A DNA stretch of 64,000 nt from positions 68,572,001 to 68,636,000 of the forward strand of contig OZ241829.1 in NCBI GenBank assembly GCA_965202585.1, given 5' to 3'. This document shows, one piece after another, positions 23,221 through 37,675 of this stretch; the first letter of the stretch is position 1, and the number at the start of each line of letters is the position of its first letter. The stretch comes from Thalia democratica. Taxonomy: Eukaryota. The position numbers and the translations under genes are program-made. Below the pieces are notes generated by a model that searched no databases, had not been told where the DNA came from, and saw nothing but the letters and a program-made list of their open reading frames with translations.

Positions 23221-24732
23221 TTTTTATCGCATTTTTTTTATATTACTTTTAAGATTTTGTATAAATATTTCAAATTGGGGGATTTTTTAATTTGACAACG
23301 TCAATCTGCAACACCCCCTAACAAAAAGACCACGCAGTGCCACTAGTGATAAGTAACTATATACGATAAACAAGAGTAGAAGAAAAGTGTAAAAAGAAAG
23401 GCTGATTTGAAGTTCATGAAAACTAGTCTGAGCTTTTAAAAAATCTTAACTGTCAATAATTATCTCTCAAAATTTCAAAAAACCTCAAACAAGTTCAAAA
23501 TAGCCCAAGTCAAACGTAGTTATTTCAAAGTTTTAAACTTGACTGATTAAGTGGTGATTAAGAGGTGTTTTTACTTTAGGGAACTTATATTTTGTATCTT
23601 CAAAGCAGGAGTTTGTAATTAAAGTGAAATAGTTTAATTTTGAACCAACTTATTATTTTCAATATAAAAGCTGGCTTTTTAAGATGGATTTTGGAATACT
23701 TACTTTTAAAACAAATAAGTCTTGGTTTACTCTTATATAGTTTAGCTTTAAAGTTATTACAAAATATTAAATACTTAGCCACTACTCTTTATGGAGTTAT
23801 GAGTTTGTAATCTAGTGATTTATGAAAAGGTATAAAACTTTATAATATACTACAGTAGTTAGTTTTTGCGTTCAGTTTAAATTTATTTATTTTACATTTT
23901 AATATGCAGTAGTATTTCAAGTTTGAACAAACAATTTGAAACAATATTTTTATTATCTATAAGTGGTTCTTTAAATAAATTACTTTTAAACTTTGGTTTT
24001 AGATTAAATAGTTTCATGTAAAATTAAACAGAAAATGATAACATGATACAAATAATTTGTAAATAGAAACACATAGTACAACAGTTAAAATAATTAATTT
24101 AAAGCATAATTAAATATATCTCATCTATAATTATATCTAATAACCCTAAATTTTTAGTTTCAAAAGTAAAAGTTATTTATGTTAAAATGCATAAACACGA
24201 ATACATAATATTAATACTGAAATACGTTAATAATACACTTAAAAAGTTCAAATAAGCATAATTTTCTTATATAAAAAAGCTAAAGTAACATTATCTATTG
24301 TCAAAATTTCTACAATTGTTCGTTTAATTTGTACAAATACATATAGTTCTCAAACAATTCGGAACAAAAAAAATCAATTATAAGCAATCTTAAAAAATGA
24401 ATATTTAAATATAATAATTAGTTTATTATTGTTTCGAGTTAGTACAATTTTTTTGAATTATAAATTTTGTTTTGAGTACGTAAAAACAAAATACAAAAAC
24501 GTTTAATATATACTTTTTTTAATTAAAAGTTTAAATAGATATTAATGATTTCTTACTATACGATTTATAACATACTTAACTAAGTAATTCGAAAAAATTT
24601 AAAGAAATTTTTTTTAGATTTTACAAAAAGTAGAAAATTAAGTAAAATTAAAAGAAAAATTAAACGTATATCACAATTAAAGAGTTTGAATGTGTAGATG
24701 AGATAATAGAGTAGCTATTTAAGAAAGGGTTA

Positions 24733-25347
24733 CACAGTGCTTATTTATTTACCCGGACAGTTTCAGTCGATAATAAAATTCGAAAAAAATCTTCATTAAT
24801 ACAAACATTTTTATGCAATACAAATATTTAAGCTTTTATGCTGTTAGAAAATTTTAAGAATTGTTTTTGTAAACTCTGCAATTTATTTCTTTATGATGAC
24901 GAAATAATACGACTAAAGCTTACATTCAAACTTTGTTAAACATTAGGATTACATATTTTCTTTTTAAATTTTAAAACTTATTTTGATTTGTTTTTTCTCC
25001 TAAACAAAACTAATCTTCTTTTTTTTTAATTAAAAATTACGGGAGGTTGAATTAACCAATTTTACTTGTTTGACCCTCAAAAAACGTATTTCTGTTGAAG
25101 TCTGATGTTTTTATACCTTACAATGAATTTAAACAGGTTTTTAACAAAATATTTAGCTTTTATTATTTATCGTTTTATTGTTTTTATTCATAATTACTAT
25201 CTGTTTTAATTATAAGGCTTTTACTATTTATTATGCATTTTGTAACATACGTACAAGAACTTTTTTTTACTTATCTGGAAAAATGCTTATCCAGACATGT
25301 TTACAGAAAAATCTTGCTCAACTGGTCAAGATAAGTAAATAAGCACT
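24733..25347. mobile_element. MITE-like insertion with TTA flanks (PIF/Harbinger-like)
   Basis: Terminal agtgcttattta / taaataagcact inverted repeat; TTA on both sides; absent from the inverted arm near 40090. Confidence 0.55.
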
Positions 25348-25631
25348 TTACCATCTCTTTTTATCAAAAAAATTAAAAATTTAGCCATTTAAAAGATAAA
25401 ATAATTATATCATGTGACAAACCTACTATCTAAAAGTATAAATATTGTCAATTATACAAATTATTGTATTGTCTTTATAACTAGTAAATAAAAATACTAC
25501 ATTACTTCATATTTTAATTCTCTGCTTATGACAAACTTAAAGGAAGTAATTACAAAAAAGATTAAATGCAGAACTAAAGTAATCAAAATTTTCAAAAAAA
25601 CACCTGAGCTTCAATTATTGGCATACTAAAA

Positions 25632-27167
25632 CTAAACAGCACAAACAGATAAAAAAAAGTCATCTGATCTACAAATAAGAACACAATGTTCCCATATTGT
25701 TCCAGTTTCAACTAGTTTATCATTGCGGTAATCAAACGTTCTTATTTCTATTATTCTATTGTCTATATTTGGTTTGTTATAACCTTTGTACATGTAAACA
25801 GTATCATTTTTATCAACAGTGTACAATGGTTTGTCAATTGTTTTATAAGTCAAATACCAGTATCTATCTAGTGATCGCGGAACGATATCTTCGGCGAAGT
25901 AAAAACTTTGTTCGTTAGCGTCAAACACTAAAAACAGATTGATCCAAACATCCATAACAACTTTTTTGTACCGTTTGAGAACAAACAACACCTCAAAATC
26001 ATAGTACATAATTTTCTCGATGTATTCTTTTTGCTTATACGGTCCAAATTTTGTGCATTGACTCAAACTCTTATTACTCAGTATACTCATTGTTTTAATA
26101 CATATTGTGAGCAGGTATACTTTATGAAGGGATAGCTCTTCATCCTCACTGAATAAGAGTTGATAACAAATGCTGAGTTTTTTTATAGTCAGAGAACGAG
26201 AAACGAACTATAAATTTGTAGTAATCCCAACTACCCTTTTCATAATTAGGATAGTATGAATCTGGAAGAGAAACGTTTTAGTTTTACAAAACCACCGTGT
26301 TTCATCACTAATTGATTTACTTAATACAGATACGGAAAACTTGAACGTTTTCTTATTTTCTATAGGCGTAATCACATACAGGTTCTCATTGTCTGAACAA
26401 ACATCTGAACATCCGGTGTATTTTACATCTACGTGGTACATCTTTCCACTTATGAGATCATACTGTAGCAGAAGTGGATCGCATTCCCATTCATATTCTT
26501 TCTTGCGGATTATTAAACTATAACAGTAACTGCTCAATACTGTAAGTGAGCTTCGACTGGTAACAGTACCAAACTTTGTTTTGTTTTCATCTTCATTCAA
26601 CATTCGATATTTAAATTTGTACTCATGTCCATCAGACATAATTGTTAATGAATGCTTATGACCGTCCAGGATATACAGACCTTTGACACAAGGTTGGCAA
26701 CTTGCTTTAAATTTTAACGCAATCTCTTTAAAATCTCGAAATATGAGTGGCTGTTTTTCCAGCACACTTAACTGGTAGTCTATATGTTTTTTGTTCAAGT
26801 TGTAAATGAAATGGTCTAAGCACAACTTGTTCAAGTTTTCAATAATTAAATAGTCAGAAACTTTATATATTTCAAAAACTTCATCGTCTTCTATGTCAAT
26901 GTGATCAGTAGTGATCCAGTCAATGACTTTCTTGAATGTTTTGAAGTTTACTGGAAAGGTCACTTCAGTGAAATGGGATTTGTGATCCGAAAAGCAGGAC
27001 TTTGTAATTGATCTGAAGTAAAGAGATTTTTCGATAAACTTTGCTCTTTTTGCCATTATGACGTGCTGTTTATTCAAACGAATTCTCAAAACTTCAACTT
27101 TTATGTTCTGAACATCTTTTTGAGTGTAAATACTATTACCAACTACTGATGCTTTATTGTTGACCAT
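25632..27167 (-). pseudogene. BTB/POZ plus divergent propeller-like gene, copy A1, with a 1-nt frameshift
   Basis: N-terminus has BTB features (SLYFRSITKSCFSD...EIYKVSDYLIIENLNKLC). A TTT run at 26271-26273 corresponds to TTTT in copy A2 (39189-39192); restoring one T joins ORFs 26208..27167 and 25632..26090. No coding introns. Confidence 0.8.
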
Positions 27168-28992
27168 TGTAGATTTTTGTTTGTTAAGTAGTATAATGAT
27201 ACTCAGTTACTTAAAATATTTATGATAGCTTCTTGTAGCCAATGTTTAGAAATAGTTGATAAAAGTCAATGTTTTTATTAAACAGTTAGTAAATATTCCT
27301 GATAAAAAAATGTTATTGCTGTTTTAAATAAAAATAATGATAATTATCACCATTAAAGTTATTTGCAAAAACTTTATAATCAAAGCATTTTTGACTAAGA
27401 TAAGGTACTTTTAAATAATGTAATGAAAATTAGAAAACGTAAAAAATTTAAAAACAAATGTTTTGGTCAATAAATAGTTTCAAAATTATGATTTGTACGC
27501 TGAAGTTTTTGCAATTAAAAAACACTAAAAAATTGTAAAATAATCACCAATTTATGTACTTATCCAGTGAATTAATTTTGTTTGAACTGTATAACATATG
27601 CTTAATAATTAGAAACAAAACATGTACACTAAGGTCAAGTTTTAAAAGTATAAATTAAGTTTTTAAGCAATTGAAAAAAAGTTTTAAACCTATCTAAAGG
27701 TTTTTGTTATACTAAAAAGTCTGCTAAGTATTTTTAGTTTATTTTAATAATGTTATTTAGCATTAAAATAAAAACAAAAAAAAAATTTAATATTTGCTGA
27801 AGTTATTTCAGTCAACAACAATAGAAAACAAAAAAAATTAAACTCTTTAGTTGATTATTAAAACCAAAGAAATAAAAAATGTATAGTTAAACAAAATAAA
27901 TTTTTGATCGTTATTGATGAATGTTTACATTATTTAAAGCCTATACTTAGTGTTTACATGTGTAAAGTTAATGCATATGTAAGTGAAAAAATGATAATTT
28001 TTCATACATAAATCTAAAAGTATAACTACTTTAATACATGAAAATTAAATGATAGCATACTTAGTTAAATGATATACAAGTTTGATTATAATAATTACTA
28101 TAAAAATTTAAAACGTAAAATAAAGTATTTTGTTAACTTAAACACGAAAGAAATGTAAAAATACTAAACTTGTTTTAAAGGTATAATAAAATTTAAAATA
28201 GCTCAAACAAGCATAAACTACTTATGATAAAACAAAATGATGATTATAAAAATATAGACAAGCTTTTTACTGTTTAGTTTAAAAAAAAAATTATTTTGCG
28301 CAGAGCAGCTATAGGTAAAAAAATATATATTAGTAGTAAACAGTTTTTTACTAAAAACCTTTGAAAATTGTATTTAACTGAATTTAAACTTCAATTACTA
28401 TCTATGAGTTTTAAATTATTTTTATTTTTAAGCTGTTTCAATTAACTCTTATTCAATTTGAAATGTGCTTGGTTAAATTGAAAACTTTTATTATGCACGT
28501 TTATTAAATCTAATTTTTAATAGATTGTAGCGCATATTTTTTAGAATCAATTAATTATTTTTTAATGCGTTGTGCTGTAGAGTTGAAAAAAAAATACTAT
28601 AATAATAAATATAAAAGCCTTTCTTTGGGTTGAAAAACGTAGAACATTAATATAAAACTACGACAGTTTTTATAAAAACAAATAATATATACAAAATTCA
28701 AGTTTAAAACTTTTTTAAATAAAGTATAAGTTGTTTTATTTAATTAAGCGATGTTTTTAAAATCAATTAATATGTGAATGTATTTAGTAAAAATGTTAAA
28801 GTGTTTTACACATATAATAAAAATAGTTTAAAAAAAAGTTTTTATTGTTTTTTAAACAGTTTATTGTCATCAGCTGCAGAACACTTCAAAAGAAATATTG
28901 CTTACCTCAATGTGTTTTCTTACAAAGTGGGTTTAATGAACTGCAAACAATGTTAAACTTGACCACATTGTGATCTACTGCACATAGTCAAC

Positions 28993-30504
28993 CTAAACAG
29001 CACAAATAGTAAAAACATCGTCCTCCAGCAAATCCTGCGGAAAGCAGTGTTTCCATACAACTCCACTCTCAACTAATGCATCGTTCCGGTACTCGAACGT
29101 TCTTATTTCTTTTGTTGCCATCTCCGAGTAATCGTTCTCCTTGTAGTATCTCCACATGTAGACCGTGTCATTGCTGTCCACAGTGTAACAAGGAACACAA
29201 AACAGCTCGGTCACAACGGAAAAGACTTCAGGGTGCGGTAAGTCGGGAAGGATGTTTTCGGTGAAATAAACGCACTGGTTTTTGAAATCAAAAACTAAAA
29301 AGAGACCAGTGCTAGCAGTTATAACAACTTTTTTTGCCGATCTTAGAACAAACAACAGCTCTAGAGAGTATTTCATCAATTTTTTGATGTTTTTCTTTTG
29401 TGTGGTAGTTCCTCCTGTTCCGAAACTTATGCTTTGACCTAATTTTTTATTGCTTATAATGTTCATTGTTTTAATGCATATTGTGATCATGTACACATCA
29501 TTATGAAGGAAATCAAATAAGGACTTTTTAATTGGGTAAGCCATGAAGTAATAACATATACTTAGCTTATCGTTATCAGAAAATGTAAAAGCGATCAAAA
29601 ACACTGTATCAGTATGAAATTCTTGACTTAAAATAGCAATATTTTTAGTTTTAGAGACTTTTAATGCTTCATCATTTTTTGTTTTATTTGATACCGAAAC
29701 AAAAATTTAATAAATTTTATTACATTTTGTTGAAGTAATCACATAGAGGTTTCTTTTATCCGAACAAACTTGCGAAAATGTGGTATATTTTACTTCTGTA
29801 TGGTACAACTTACCACTCAAAATACTATATTGTAACAAAACTGATTGATACTTTGAATGATTCAAAGTACGAATTATCAAAGTGTTTGAAAAACTGTGTG
29901 ATAATATAAAACTCTGTCTATAGTCACCTAGATGTATCTTGATTTCGTGTTCATGTTCGTCTGTTAAAATTTTTAAGAAATAATCATCATCGTCCGGCGA
30001 TGACAAAATGTAAAGACCTTTAAAAGATGGCCAACCATTAGTTTTGAATTTTAATGCATCTATTATAAAGTCTCTGTACAACTGTGGGTGTTTGAACAAA
30101 ACGTTTAATTGGTAGTCAACACAACTTTTGTTCAAGCCATAAATAAAACTGTCTAAACACAACTTGCTTAAACATTCAATTTGTAAGTAATCTGAGACTT
30201 CATAAATTTCAAACATTTCATTATCAATACTATCAATGTGATCAGTAACTATATATTTTATTACTTTTTTGAATATTTCAATACTTGCTGGAAAGGTCAC
30301 TTCAGCAAACTTAGATTTGTGATCAGCAAAATAAGGTTTTGTAATTAGTCTGAAGTAATGTGACTTTTCTAACAACTTTGCTTTTTTTACCACAAACACT
30401 TGATTTTTATTTAAACGTACTTTTAAATACTTATTGTCAATGTTTTGAATACGTTTTTCAGTGGTAATGTTTTTATCAAATTCTAATGCATCACTGTTGT
30501 TCAT
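28993..30504 (-). pseudogene. BTB/POZ plus divergent propeller-like gene, copy B1, with one in-frame TAA
   Basis: ORFs 29707..30504 and 28993..29604 are in the same frame, separated only by TAA at 29707-29709 and 34 sense codons; paralogous to A1/A2 over the whole length. Confidence 0.8.
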
Positions 30505-32640
30505 TACAAGTTTTAGTGGTAAACGTTATAATGTAAAGCTGTAAAAGAAGTTATATTAATTTGTTGAATTTTAAACATAAAGTATTGACTCATTAATTTT
30601 CAATTCATTTCAGTAAGTAAAAAAAAAGTGTATTGTCTTGGCAACTACTGTCAAAGAACTATGGTGAAACAATTTTTGAAAAAAAAATCAGGTAAAAACT
30701 ATTCTTAACTCCAGATGGTTTAATATTTAAATAAGCAGTAATTCAGCGTACAACTTCAGATTTTATTATTTTGTTACTAATGTCTGTGAACACTTATGCG
30801 CTACACAAACTAAGTTGTAATAAAAAGTAACCTTTTTAAAATGACAGAAAAAAATGTTTGTATATGCTTAATAATTTAAAACAATAATTAAAAGAAAGTA
30901 AAAGTAAAATCAACAAATTTATAAAAACTTTATTTCGAATATATTTTTTATTAATTTCAGTAATTTTTTGTTATAAAACAATATCTGATAGCCTTTAAAC
31001 TGTACAGAACTTGTTAAAAACATTTACCTAAGAAAAACTATTAATGAAGTGTTTTTTAAAATTTTTTAATACTTTGATAAATTTTAGATATTAAATATGA
31101 CAAATTTTATAAACAAATTCAAAATGATAATTTTACATGGTACAGAAGTCTTAATACTAATTAATTTTAGTTTTATGTGTTAACAAGTGTAAATAAAAAG
31201 ATTTTAAACTAGATTACAACTAAAACTAAGCAATTATATTTATGTAACTTAAGTTTGTTTACTGTTTAAAACTTTTAAGTTATAATTTATTTTCAACTAC
31301 ACTAACTCAATTCAACAAAACAAACGTTTTAAACTTCAATTTCAGTTTAAAAATTAAATAACAACTAAACAAATATATTAAACAAAATGAAAACCTCAAT
31401 TTTAGTTTTGTAACGAGTAACAAAAACTTATTTAAATCCTAAACTTACTTTACCTTTAAGTAATAAAACAAAGTCATAAAACTAGACTGAATTAGAAACG
31501 TGATTATCAATATAACCAGTTTTTTTAAAGCATTTTAAACAATATTTGTTGAAAACTCACATGGCTACCTTTAAAAAATATTATTCTTTTTTTTTGTATT
31601 TAACTTTGCTCTCTCTCTTTAATTGGTACTTTTCCATTACAAAATACTTGTTATTTGTAAAACTGTAAAACAATAAAGTTAAGTAGTTATTGCTTGCGCT
31701 AGAAAAATTAAATTTTCTTTTGGTTTTTTATATAATTTTTAACACTTGGGATTTCTGCATGTAATTATTATCGTATAATCAGATAAAAACTCTTTTAAAA
31801 CATGTTTTAAAAATGTTAAAATATTTTTTGTTTTAAATATTTTTAAAATTAGACTTCTAAAAATATCGAAAAAGTAAGCTACTAAAATAGCTTTTATTTT
31901 ATATAACTACAGTAATAAAAAAACTGCAATCAACAAAATATTCTAGCTTAAACTTTAATAAAGAGTATTGTTTTTAAAGTAAAACATGTGTATACAAAAA
32001 TAATATAACTTCATTTATCAGTAAGTAAAAAATCTCGATTGAATATTTTTATTACTTATCAACACCAATTCACATTGAAATGAGATGGTGTTAATGGGAG
32101 AAAAGATTTTTTTTTTTCAAATTTGAACCATACGCGTCGGCTGCAGTTCTAAGGTCGCTTCTGATTGGATAATGTTTTACTTATTTTCATTTCACTAATA
32201 AAAATGGGGAAAACGGATTTCTTCAAAAAGAAAAGTTTTATTAATCAAATAAAAGTCAAGTTGTAACTAATAAAACTTTTCTTTTTGTTTTTTTTTATGT
32301 TTGGTTACGTAGGGTTAGGGATAAGGGTATGAATGTTTTAGATATTCTGCTGTATAGTCAGTTTACTTCATTTGCATAAATTTGCATAATGTCATTAATG
32401 AAAACATTTTCAACAACTTACAACTGCAGCCGACCCGAAGCTTACTATAATAAGTAATATATAGCTACCTTGAGCAGTGACTTGAAGAGAATACTTTTTT
32501 AAAAACAAAAAGTGTATAGTTTAATGTCTGGTAGAAGCTTTAAAACAAGCTTACGAAATGTTGCATTAAATTTACTTAATTTACTGGTAGGCTTAAATGG
32601 TTTGTTTTTAAGATGTTTTTACTCGATCTATATCAAAACT
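30505..32640. repeat. Upstream region of B1, present in two inverted copies (35450-37563 upstream of B3; ~33670-34919 upstream of B2)
   Basis: Reverse-complement matches, e.g. 31600-31700 with 33690-33800 and 36350-36440; 32040-32640 with 35450-36010. Confidence 0.85.
32134..32436. mobile_element. ~300-bp MITE with G(C/G)GTCGGCTGCAGTT TIRs and a 9-bp TSD (MULE-like)
   Basis: Flanks gaaccatac / gaagcttac; the inverted paralogous copy keeps gaagcttac on the other side. Contains a CCAAT box and two ATTTGCAT octamers. Confidence 0.7.
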
Positions 32641-33474
32641 GTTTAATTTTTCGCTCAAAATTCTACTAACAACAAAACTTTAATAAACAACAACCAATGT
32701 TACTTTTAAATATACTGTAACAGACTCCTACTGGTTAAAAACGTTGTATTTTTTGGAATTAAATAATATAACTAAAGTAAAAAAATTGGAAAAACTTGTT
32801 ACTTAAAAACGATTAAAAGACTTTTATGCTTAAGATAAGTGTTTATTAGAACTATAACAAAATATCTTTTTTCGTTTGCAAGCATAAAGTTTTTTGAAAC
32901 TTTCTAAATTTCAAATGCATGTTTAAATCAAAAGTTTTAGAAGTTTTAAAAATATAAAAAATTTGATTTTAATTTAAGAGATAGATTACTAATAAAAAAT
33001 CAAGCTTAAAAAATTTTTCACAGTCAATGTTTTAAACTCTAGTAAAGTCGCATTGATTCAGCTAAAAATCAGTCAGTTTTTTTTTCAGTCTACTCGAATT
33101 TGGTAGTTTTTTATTTAATTAGAACAACTATTTTTTATAATGATTGATAACCAAATTATTTAAGCTTAAATTTTTTAAACTTGTGAATATAAGGCTAATG
33201 TGATGTGAATTACTGTAAGAAAGTGTTAAATACTACAAGTGTTAATTAAAATAAAAACTGCATATTATAACTATTAAAGATTTGAACAACTTTAAAGTTC
33301 ATTTCAAAACAAGCCTTTAATAAAAATTGACTTAAAAATTAATTCAACCTTTTAATAAAATTCAGCCAGATTAATCAGTTGTTTATTCTCTTAACTTTTT
33401 GTTTATAAGCTTTATTTATAACTTTTACATTGTTACGTTATAGCCAACACATTTTTAACGAAATAGTAAAATAG

Positions 33475-33501
33475 GGCGGGGCACTTTTGATAAGTATAAA
33501 A
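33475..33501 (+). promoter_or_regulatory. Possible GC-box plus TATA near the centre of the palindrome
   Basis: GGGCGGGG followed ~13 nt later by TATAAAA; motif reading only. Confidence 0.2.
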
Positions 33502-34919
33502 CATTTTTTGGGTCAACTCCTTAAAGAATATCTTAGCGGAATATTTAACTATTACAAACCGTACTATAAATAATGAATGGTTGAAAAACGAGTGACATAG
33601 TCTTTTTAATAAACTATTTTTGCATTAAAAAGATATCAAACACTTATTTCGTTGATTTTTTTTTAAAGCTATTGTTTTAAATTTTAATACAAACTTTAAC
33701 TTTATTGTTTTACAGTTTAACATAAAACAAGTATTTCGTAATGGAAAAGTACCAAATAAAAAGAGAGAGTAAAGTTAAATACAAAAAAAAAAAAGAATAT
33801 TAACTTTTAGTTGCAGCCATGTGAGTTTGTTTTCAACAAATTGTTAAAAATGCTTATAAAAGAAACTGGTTATACTTATATTGATAGTCATGTTTCTAAA
33901 TCGGTTAAGTTTTATGACTTTGTTTAACTAGTTATAAGTAAAGTAAGTTTAGTTTTCAAGTAAATTTTTTGTTACTCGTTTAAAAACTAAAATTGAGTTT
34001 TTCATTTTGTTTATTATATTTAAGTAGTTGTTATTTGATTTTTATACTGAAGTTGAAGTTTCAAATTTTTGTTTTGTTAAATTAACTTAGTGTACTTGAA
34101 AAAAAAAAGTTGTAACTTAAAAGTTTTAAACAGTGAACAAACTTAAGTTACATGAGAGCAATTGCTTAGTTTGAGTTGTAATCTAGTTTAAAAAAATTTT
34201 ATTTACACTTCTTAAGTCATCAAACTAGAATTAAATAGTATTAAAATTTCTGAACCATGTAGTATAATACATTTAAATAGTTTTTGAAACTTTGCCATTT
34301 TTAATATCTAAACTTTTATCATAGTAACAATTTAAATTAAAAATGTTTCAATAAAAGTTTTTTTAGGTAGATGTTTTAAACAAGTTCTGTTCAGTTTAAA
34401 GGCTATCAGATATTGCTTTACAAGAAAAAATTGCTAAAATTATAGACATAAAAAAATATTCTTATTAAAGTTCTAATAATTTTGTTTGTTTTAATTTTAG
34501 TTACTTTTAATACTCGTTTCAAATTATGATATACATAAAAACAACTTTATAGTTTTTTTTTTAATTATTCAAAACTTGTTTTTATACACTTCCTGTTTCT
34601 TACAACTAAATTTATGTAGTGCATAAATACTCACATTATTAATGATTAAAAAAATACTTTTTAAAGATGTACACCATACAACTATTTATAAAAATTAAAA
34701 ACATTTTGGTGTTGAGGTCGTGTATAGTTTATTTATAAATATTTCTATTTCTCCAAGCTTAGTTATTTGACAGTATTTGCCAAGACAACACACTTTATCT
34801 TAGTTACTTAAAGACTTTAAAAACCAATTAATGAGCCTATTTTTTATATTTTGAATTCAGTAAAATATTAAAACTTTTTTTACAGCTTTACATTATAACG
34901 TTTACCACTAAAACTTGTA

Positions 34920-35430
34920 ATGAACAATAGTGATGCATTAGAAATTGATAAAAACATTAACACTGAATAACGTGTTCAAAACACTGACAGTAAATACTTA
35001 AAAGTACGTTTAAATAAAAATCAAGTGTTTATGGTAAAAAAAGCAAAGTTGTTAGAAAAATCACACTACTTCAAACTAATTACAAAACCTTGTTTTGCTG
35101 ATCACATTACTCTGAATTTGCTGAAGTGACCTTTCCAGCAAGTATTGAAATATTCAAAAAAGTAATAAAATATATAATTACTGATCAGATTGATAGTATT
35201 AATAATGAAATGTTTGAAATTTATGAAGTCTCAGATTACTTGCAAATTGAATGTTTGAGCAAGTTGTGTTTAGACAGTTTCATTTATGGCTTGAACAAAA
35301 GTTGTGTTGACTACCAATTAAACGTTTTGTTCAAACACCCACAATTGTACAGAGACTTTATAATAGATGCATTAAAATTTAAATCAAATTGTTGGCCATA
35401 CTTTAAAGGTCTTTACATTTTGGCATCGCT
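34920..35430 (+). pseudogene. Truncated BTB gene copy B2
   Basis: ATG at 34920, TAA at codon 17 (34968-34970), a +2 frameshift near 35105; homology to B1 ends at ~35430. Confidence 0.85.
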
Positions 35431-35647
35431 AACTTTTTCCGCTAGAAAAAAATAGTTATGATATATATTCAGCAAAAACATCTTAACAACAAACCACTAA
35501 GTCTACCAGTAAGGTAAGTAAATTTTATGCAACATTTCATAAGCTTCGTTTTAAAGCTTCTACTAGACATTAAACTATACAATTTTATATTTAATAAAGT
35601 ATTCTCTTCAAGTAACTCGTAGCTGTATATTACTTAATAAAAGATTT

Positions 35648-35922
35648 GGGTCGGCTGCAGTTTGAATTGTTGAAAACTTTTTCATTCATTACATTATGCA
35701 AATTTATGCAAGCAAAGTAAATTGATAAAACAAAGAATATTTGAAACATTCATACCCTTATCCCTAACCCACCTTACCCAAAGTTTTAATCTACACCTTT
35801 ATCCCTAACCTACTGTAACCAAATAACAAAAACAAAAAGAAAAACTTTATTTATTAAAACTTGAAATGAAAATAAGTAAAATATTAGCCAATCAGAAGCA
35901 ACCTTAGAACTACAACCAACGC
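35648..35922. mobile_element. Inverted paralogous copy of the 32134-32436 MITE
   Basis: gggtcggctgcagtt at 35648, decayed opposite TIR ending at 35922, followed by gtaagcttc. Confidence 0.65.
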
Positions 35923-37563
35923 GTAAGCTTCAAATTTAAAAAACAAAAAAAATATTTTCTCCCATTTACACCATCTCATTTCAATGTGAATTAGTGTTGA
36001 TATGTAAAAAAAATATTCAGTCGAAATTTTACACTTAGTGATAAATAAAATTATATTATCTTTGTATACACATTTACTACCTTGAAAATAAGAAACTATA
36101 TAAAGTTTTAACTAATATACTTAGTTGACTTCAATGTTTTAACAATGTAAATATATAAAAAAAATACTTTTTTAATTGTTAACATTTTCGATTTTTCTTA
36201 TAGACAAGGTTTTAAAAACATTTGAAATAATCAAAAAGCGTTTATATCTGATTATATGATTTTAACTACATGCAAAAACACCAAGTTTTGAAAAATATTT
36301 TAAAAAGCAAAATAGTAGTTAAACTTTAAGCGGAAACAATAATTAAACTAACTTTATTGTTTTACAAATAACAAAAAATTTCGTAATAGAAAAGTGCCAA
36401 ATAAAAAGAGAGAGTAAAGTTAAGTGCAAAAAAGAAGAAGAGACTAATAACTTTTAATTGCGGTCATATGATTTTGTTTTCACAAGTTTTTCTAAAATTG
36501 CTTTAAAAAAGAAACTGGTTATATTGATAGTCATGTTTTTATTCAGTTTATTTTTATGACTTTGTTCAACTAGTTACAGTTAAAGTAAGTTTAGAACTCA
36601 AATAAGTTTTTGTTACACGCTTTAAAACTAAAATTTAGGTATTCATTTTGTTTATTATGTTTTTGTAGTTTTTATTTAATTTTTATACTGAAGTTTAAAG
36701 TGTATGTTTTGTTGAATGGATACTTAGTATACTTGAAAATAAAGTCATAACTTACAAGTTTTAAACAGTGAACAAATTAAGTTACATAAAAGTAATTGCT
36801 TAGTTGTAGTCTTGCTTAAAATTTTTTTATTTAGAATTTTTATAAAATAAAGCTAAAACTAATTAATATTAAGATTTATGTACCATGTAAAACTATAATT
36901 TTAAATTTATTTTATAAACTTTGTCGTTTTTAATATCTAAACTTTTATCATCGTAACAATTTAGATTAGAAAATTTTTAATAATAGTTTTTATTACGTAG
37001 ATGTTTAAACAAGTTCTGTTCAGTTAATAGGCTATCGCCTATTAAATATTGTTTCACATTAAAAAATTACTGAAGTTAAAACATATATATTTTAAATAAA
37101 GATTTTATAATTCTGTTTATTTTAATTTTAGTTACGTATAATACTCGTTTCAAATTGTAATATAATATGTAATCAATTTGATTATAATATATAAATTATA
37201 ACAAGTATTTTTTTTTTCTGTTTTTTCGGAAAAGGTTTTTATACATTTGCTTTTTCTTACAACTTAGTTTATGTAGTGCGTTAGTGTTCACAGACATCAG
37301 TGGTTAAATAATATAATTTGAAAATGTACGTTGAATTACTATTTTGATAAATTTTAAGCCATATCGTGTTAAAAATGGTTTTATTTTTTTTTTTAAGTGT
37401 TTCAGCTTAGTTAATTGACTTTAGTTACCAAGACAACACAATTTATTTTAGCTACCTAAAAAATTAAAATTTTATGAGTAAATATTTTATTATTTGAAAT
37501 CAGCAAACTAAAAGAGCTTTTTTTACAGCTTCACATTGTAACGTTTACCACTAAAATTTTGTA

Positions 37564-37675
37564 ATGAAAAACAGTGATGCAATAGAAATTGATAAAAACA
37601 TTACCAATGAAACACTATTCAAAATACTGACAATAAGTATTTAAAAGTACGTATGAATAAAAATCAAGTGTTTTA
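37564..37675 (+). pseudogene. 5' fragment of BTB gene, copy B3
   Basis: ATGAAAAACAGTGATGCAATAGAAATTGATAAAAAC... matches the B1/B2 start and stops after ~110 nt, where A-type upstream sequence begins. Confidence 0.8.

Larger units (their letters stand above)
20339..23345. mobile_element. Degenerate ~3.0-kb hAT-like non-autonomous element carrying nested insertions
   Basis: Imperfect TIRs CAGGGGCATCGCGTGG / TAGTGGCACTGCGTGG. Candidate 8-bp TSD ataataaa / gtgataag (transitions only). The inverted arm at ~41460-41520 joins both flanks directly, giving an empty site. Confidence 0.7.
23346..27760. repeat. Middle left arm of the inverted duplication including gene A1 (pairs with ~37680-41520)
   Basis: Continuous reverse-complement similarity, e.g. 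23380-23600 with 41230-41460, 24660-24730 with 40090-40150, 27170-27760 with 37680-38294, and the A1/A2 coding regions. Confidence 0.9.
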
